A DNA stretch of 57,661 bases. It comes from Betaproteobacteria bacterium. GTDB taxonomy: Bacteria > Pseudomonadota > Gammaproteobacteria > Burkholderiales > SG8-39. Each line of letters starts with the position of its first letter. Position 1 is the first letter of the stretch. Position numbers and translations under genes: made by a program. This document shows positions 53,181 through 57,661 of the stretch, in pieces. Under the pieces are notes generated by a model, which did not search any database, was not told the DNA's origin, and was given only the letters and a program-made list of their open reading frames with translations. The stretch lies in contig SCUF01000187.1 in the NCBI GenBank assembly GCA_004298325.1, positions 1 to 57,661 on the forward strand, in the 5' to 3' direction.

Positions 53181-54518
53181 ATGGACGCATCGCGACTTGA
53201 GCTGCTGAGCGCCAGCGACGCGGCCCGGGCGATCGCCGAAGGCGCGATCAGCTCGGAGCAACTGGTGGCAGCCTGCCTCGCCCGCATCCGCACCGTCGAG
53301 CCGGAGGTGCAGGCCTGGCAATACCTGGATCCGGATCATGCCCTGGCGCAGGCGCGCGCGCGCGACCTCGACCGGCGCGAGGGCCGCGCGTGCGGGCCGC
53401 TGCACGGGGTGCCTGTCGGAATCAAGGACATCATCGACACCGTCGACATGCCGACCGAGGACGGCACGGTGCTGCATGCCGGACGCACGCCGGACCGCGA
53501 CGCCACGGTGGTCGCCATGCTGCGCGCCGCGGGGGCGGTGATTCTGGGCAAGACCGTGACCACCGAATGCGCCTATTTCCATCCCGGGAAGACGCGCAAC
53601 CCGCACCATTCCGGGCACACGCCGGGAGGCTCGTCTTCCGGCTCTGCGGCTGCGGTTGCCGCGGGCATGGTGCCGCTCGCTCTGGGCAGCCAGACCAACG
53701 GCTCGGTGATCCGGCCGGCGGCGTTCTGCGGCGTCTACGGCTTCAAGCCGACGCATGGGCTGATTTCGCGGCACGGCATTCTCAAGCTCTCACGGACGCT
53801 CGACCACGTCGGGGTTTTCGCCCGTACGCTGGAAGACATCGCGCTGGCTGCCGAGCAGCTGGTCGGGCACGACGAACGCGACCCCGACACGACTCCGCGC
53901 GCGCGTATCCCGTTGGTGCGCACGGCGGCCGAAGAGCCGCCGCTGCCGCCGCTGCTGGCCTTCGTGAAGACCCCGGTCTGGGACCGCGCCGCTGCCGAGA
54001 CGCGCGACGCCTTCGCCGAGCTGACCGAGGCGCTCGGCGCGCAGTGCGAGGTCTACGAGCTGCCCGAATCGTTGCGCGCGGCCTGGGACTGGCATCGCAC
54101 CATCATGGAGGCGGAGATGGCGGCCAATCTCGAGCGCGAGTGGGAAAAGGGGCGCGACCGGCTTTCGGAGCCGCTGCGCGCGCTGCTGGCGCGCGGGCAC
54201 GAAGTGAAGGCGGTCGAATACCAGAAGGCGCTGGCGCGGATTGCGGTCCTCAACCAGGGATTCGAGGAGCTGTTCTCGCGCTATGACGCGGTGCTGACGC
54301 CGTCCGCTCCCGGCACTGCACCCGAAGGACTGACGGCAACCGGCGACCCCGCGTTCTGCTCCCTCTGGACCCTGTGCGGAATGCCCGCGCTCAACCTGCC
54401 GCTGATGCGCGGCGAGAACGCGCTGCCGCTCGGCGCGCAACTGGTCGGGGCACGCCATGACGACGCGCGCCTGCTGCGCACGGCACGCTGGCTCGTATCC
54501 CAAGTGCAGGCGGATTGA
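53181..54518 (+). CDS. Amidase signature family enzyme
   Basis: GPLHGVPVGIKD, TPGGSSSGSAAAV and GSQTNGSVIRPAAFCG motifs. Confidence 0.92.
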   Translation: MDASRLELLSASDAARAIAEGAISSEQLVAACLARIRTVEPEVQAWQYLDPDHALAQARARDLDRREGRACGPLHGVPVGIKDIIDTVDMPTEDGTVLHAGRTPDRDATVVAMLRAAGAVILGKTVTTECAYFHPGKTRNPHHSGHTPGGSSSGSAAAVAAGMVPLALGSQTNGSVIRPAAFCGVYGFKPTHGLISRHGILKLSRTLDHVGVFARTLEDIALAAEQLVGHDERDPDTTPRARIPLVRTAAEEPPLPPLLAFVKTPVWDRAAAETRDAFAELTEALGAQCEVYELPESLRAAWDWHRTIMEAEMAANLEREWEKGRDRLSEPLRALLARGHEVKAVEYQKALARIAVLNQGFEELFSRYDAVLTPSAPGTAPEGLTATGDPAFCSLWTLCGMPALNLPLMRGENALPLGAQLVGARHDDARLLRTARWLVSQVQAD

Positions 54519-54542
54519 GACCGAAGAAAGGAACCCCGGATC

Positions 54543-54710
54543 ATGCCGATCAAGCTCTTCGCCGGACTCGTCGCCGTGGTGCTGATGGTGTCCTTCCTGA
54601 GCCCGGTGGTATACAAGCTGAAGGACGTCGCGCTCGGCATCGTCATCGCGATCGGCATCGTCCTGATGCTGGTCGATCTCTGGGAATCGCTGCAGTCGAA
54701 GGAAGACTGA
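54543..54710 (+). CDS. Small 2-TM membrane protein (55 aa)
   Basis: MPIKLFAGLVAVVLMVSFLSPVVYKLKDVALGIVIAIGIVLMLVDLWESLQSKED; host-like codon usage; AAGGA upstream. Missed by the ORF track. Confidence 0.75.
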   Translation: MPIKLFAGLVAVVLMVSFLSPVVYKLKDVALGIVIAIGIVLMLVDLWESLQSKED

Positions 54711-54747
54711 GGGCGCGCCGCAGCCGGCGCCCGGGTGGCCGGCACGG

Positions 54748-55710
54748 CTAGCGGCTCTGGGAGTTCGCCTGCGCTGCCGGTTGCGCCGACAGCGAATAGC
54801 AGGCGCGGCGCATCCGGTCCAGCTCGTCATTCTGGATGGCCGCGCGCAGGAAACGCATCGTCGTCTCGATCTCCACGCGGTACAGATTGGCGCCGCCGAA
54901 ATGCGCCTCGGCGTAGCGCTCCACGCCGCCGAGCTTGCCTTCGATGCGCTTGCGCGCCACGTTGTCGTAGTAGTCCGGCGTCTTCAGCACCACGTCGCTG
55001 GGCGAACGGTAGTTCACCACCTCGCGGCCGTTGAGCAGCGTTTCGCGCGCGAGGCCGCCCCAGACGAACTCCTGGTAGAGAAAATCGCGGCATTTCTCGA
55101 GATAGGTGCGGTCGGCCATCTGCGCGATCAGGTCGGCGGTGCCGACGATGCAGCCGAGCACGTGATCGCGCGGGTCCTCCACCGCGAGCTCATCGATGTC
55201 GATTTCGTAGCCGGTGAAGTGCACCAGCCTGGCGGCCACCAGCGCCTCGGCAGCGAAGCCGAGGCGCGGCAGGTAGTCGAGCAGGAAATCGGCGCTGCGG
55301 CTGACGTGCACCTTGGTGAACACGGCGCCGTTTTCGACCTGGCTTTCGGCCTTGCGCTTCAGGTAGCCCGAATCGTGCAGCAGCGCGATGATGACGCCGA
55401 GCATGGCGCGCCGCGGCCCGAGGCGTGCGCTCTCCGGCTGCGTGCGGTCGTGACCGTCGATCAGTCGCGCCGTCGCCAGTGCGGCGTCCAGGGTGTGGCG
55501 CAGGTCGTGGTAGAGCGTGTCGCAGACGAGGTAGCCGGGATAGGTGCCGCTAAACAGGGCCTTGATGTCCTCGAAGGCGCTCGTCAGCTTGCCAAAATCC
55601 GCCCCCGGATAGCGCGACGCGAACAGCCGCACCACCGCACTGCCAACGAGGTCCGCATCCTCGACGTTGACGCGGTTGGAAACGTCATTCTGGGTGAGTC
55701 GGCCCTGCAT
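54748..55710 (-). CDS. HD-superfamily metal-dependent phosphohydrolase
   Basis: YHDLRH, ALLHDSGY, HVSRS and TADL motifs; SD GGAGG 7 nt before the ATG at 55710. Confidence 0.8.
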   Translation of the reverse strand: MQGRLTQNDVSNRVNVEDADLVGSAVVRLFASRYPGADFGKLTSAFEDIKALFSGTYPGYLVCDTLYHDLRHTLDAALATARLIDGHDRTQPESARLGPRRAMLGVIIALLHDSGYLKRKAESQVENGAVFTKVHVSRSADFLLDYLPRLGFAAEALVAARLVHFTGYEIDIDELAVEDPRDHVLGCIVGTADLIAQMADRTYLEKCRDFLYQEFVWGGLARETLLNGREVVNYRSPSDVVLKTPDYYDNVARKRIEGKLGGVERYAEAHFGGANLYRVEIETTMRFLRAAIQNDELDRMRRACYSLSAQPAAQANSQSR

Positions 55711-55808
55711 TGCAGAGCCTCCGGAGGGGTGGGGAAGTTGGGACATTCTCGCCACCCGGATCCCGCTTACGCCATGACTTATTTCACTTTTCCAGCCAAT
55801 CTGGAAAC

Positions 55809-56153
55809 GGGAGCCGGCCGATAAGCCGGGTTCTGTAGGCAAGTACCCGTGAGGGCCATGCCCTGGCAGCCATTCCTCTGGCCCCGGGGTTACCCTCGGG
55901 GCTCAAGCCACCTACCCGCAAGCTCGGCCGAGCAGGCCTCAGACGCTTGCCTATTTGGTGTTGCTCCGGATGGAGGTTGCCGCGTTTCACCCCCCGGTTT
56001 TGAGGCCGGGGACTCGTCTCTGTGGCCCTGTTCGTCGCCTTCGCGCCGCTTGCGCGGCATTTATGCGCGCCGGGGTGTTACCCCGCATCCTGCCCTGCGG
56101 AGCCCGGACTTTCCTCCACGCCTTGCGGCGCAGCGGCTGCCTGGCCAGCTCCC
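55809..56153 (-). ncRNA. rnpB: RNase P RNA, bacterial class A (betaproteobacterial type, no P13/P14)
   Basis: GAGGAAAGTCCGGGCT near the 5' end and ACAGAACCCGGCTTA near the 3' end; complementary P1 termini; GGTGAAACGCGGCAACCTC replaces P13/P14; -10 TAGAAT at 56165-56160. Confidence 0.96.
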
Positions 56154-56162
56154 GCGCGTATT

Positions 56163-56927
56163 CTACCGCGCTGCAGCACCGGGAGCGCCGCAAACATCCT
56201 TGCGCAGCGGCCGGAAGTAGCGTTCATCGGCATAGAACGCCTCGCACGCTGTCCCCGGGTGCCAGTCCGGGTAGCCGAAGATCGGCAGCGACGCGAGCGC
56301 CTTGGGCGAGCCGCCCGGCGCGTGAAGCCGCAGCCACTCGGCGGCGCTGGCATCGGGGTCGGCGTCGTGGGGCGCGAACATCACCTTGCAGGTGATGCCG
56401 GGCCATGGATGGCGCGACTGATCGAGCACCGCGTGACCCAGCACGACGATCCGGAGCCCGCGCCGCACGCGTTCGCGATGCTCCCAGAACAGTTCCTTCC
56501 AGCGGCAGGCACGCACCATCGCCTCGAGGCCGGCATCGTCGCAGAGCACGATTGCGCCGCCTTCGTCGAAAATCGTCAGCAGGTCGCGCAGCCGCCCCCG
56601 GCGGCCGGATTCGCGCGGCAGTTCGGCTGCGTGCAGCGCATTGATCATTGCCTTGGTGCGCGGAAAGGCGAGCCACGCCAGTGCGTTGAAGAGGTCATGC
56701 CAATTCTGCGCGCGCGTCGAGACCTGCCCCGACTCATGGACGTGGATTTCATAATAGGGACCGGAGGCGGCCGGCGGCACGAAGCGCACCGGCTTGTCGC
56801 TGGCGGTGCGCACGCCGGCTGCTTCAGCCAGCGCGTTGAGCGCTTCGAGCGTCGGCCAGCCGTCCCGAGGCAGCCGGTCCAGCCAGCGCGCTAGCGGGTC
56901 GTAGACGGGGTGGACGCAAGCTTCCAC
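56163..56927 (-). CDS. DUF3025 domain protein
   Basis: YEIHV...[36 protein letters not shown] and LPIFGYPDW motifs; lies between pyrC and rnpB. Start approximate. Confidence 0.85.
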   Translation of the reverse strand: MEACVHPVYDPLARWLDRLPRDGWPTLEALNALAEAAGVRTASDKPVRFVPPAASGPYYEIHVHESGQVSTRAQNWHDLFNALAWLAFPRTKAMINALHAAELPRESGRRGRLRDLLTIFDEGGAIVLCDDAGLEAMVRACRWKELFWEHRERVRRGLRIVVLGHAVLDQSRHPWPGITCKVMFAPHDADPDASAAEWLRLHAPGGSPKALASLPIFGYPDWHPGTACEAFYADERYFRPLRKDVCGAPGAAAR

Positions 56928-57661
56928 GGCAGGACCTCGCCGGCGCGCAGCGGAACGAGCTCCTCGCCCGGACCGAAGGCGATCACCGCCGGCACCGTCC
57001 AGTCCTCGCGCACCAGGGTGATGGTGTCGCGATTCGGCGGCAGGCCGTAGAACCGGGGTCCGAATCGGCTGGCGAAACCCTCCAGACGGTCGAGCGCCCC
57101 GGCCTCTTCGAACGCAATGGCGTACAACTCGATCGCGGCGTGCGCCGTGTACAGGCCGGCGCAGCCGCAGGCCGCCTCTTTCGCGCTGCGCGCATGCGGC
57201 GCGCTGTCGGTGCCGAGAAAGAACTTGGGATTGCCGGAAATGACCGCTTCCACCAGCGCTTCGCGATGCGCTTCACGCTTGAGCAGCGGCAGGCAATAGT
57301 GGTGCGGCCGGATGCCGCCGAGGAAGAGCGCGTTGCGGTTCAGCAGCAGATGGTGCGCGGTCACCGTCGCGGCGATGTTGGGGCCGGTCACCTCGACGAA
57401 ATGCACCGCGTGGCTGGTGGTGATGTGCTCGAGCACCACCTTGAGCGTCGGATAGCGCGCCACCAGCGGGCCGAGCACGTCCTCGAGGAAGACCTTCTCG
57501 CGATCGAAGATGTCCACTTCGGGGTCGGTCACTTCGCCGTGCACCAGCAGCGGCAGGCCGAGTTCCGCCATGCGCTCGAGAACGCCGAAACAGCGCGAGA
57601 GGCGCGTGACGCCCGCATCCGAATGCGTGGTGGCGCCGGCCGGGTAGAGTTTCACCGCGTG
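56891..57661 (-). CDS. pyrC: Dihydroorotase (type II), 5' end outside the window
   Basis: [27 protein letters not shown] and FLGTDSAPH motifs. Confidence 0.95.
   Translation of the reverse strand, partial: HAVKLYPAGATTHSDAGVTRLSRCFGVLERMAELGLPLLVHGEVTDPEVDIFDREKVFLEDVLGPLVARYPTLKVVLEHITTSHAVHFVEVTGPNIAATVTAHHLLLNRNALFLGGIRPHHYCLPLLKREAHREALVEAVISGNPKFFLGTDSAPHARSAKEAACGCAGLYTAHAAIELYAIAFEEAGALDRLEGFASRFGPRFYGLPPNRDTITLVREDWTVPAVIAFGPGEELVPLRAGEVLPWKLASTPSTTR

Overview
High-GC (about 70% by eye), densely coding chromosomal window. It most likely comes from a betaproteobacterium: the RNase P RNA lacks P13/P14, and the pyrC-DUF3025-rnpB and antiporter-ybdK gene orders are typical of that group. 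I saw no integrase, IS, tRNA, phage or CRISPR signal. The core (about 4.3-37.8 kb) is a very complete alpha-glucan/trehalose supercluster: a GH100-like hydrolase, a MalQ-TreY fusion, TreZ, GlgX, OtsB, two GlgC paralogues, a TMBP-like sugar ABC importer, Glk, a TM-helix membrane protein, TreS-Mak, GlgE, GlgB, GlgA, GlgP and an OtsA fused to a receptor-like TM-periplasmic-TM module. Flanking it are ion and envelope-stress genes: MscS, a CPA2 antiporter, a CaCA antiporter, TerD, an NfeD-SPFH-PPK2 operon and a 10-gene group-3 Mrp antiporter with three MrpD-like subunits. The window ends carry a TAXI-TRAP system (left) and a DctPQM TRAP plus amidase, an HD protein, rnpB, DUF3025 and partial pyrC (right). 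The best candidate for an under-described system is a membrane-sensing trehalose/glycogen stress module: sensor-fused OtsA, an FNR-box-controlled and possibly allosterically rewired second GlgC, an orphan TM-helix protein, a GH100-like enzyme of unknown substrate and shared ECF-type promoter motifs. All calls come from reading motifs by eye; no searches were run.
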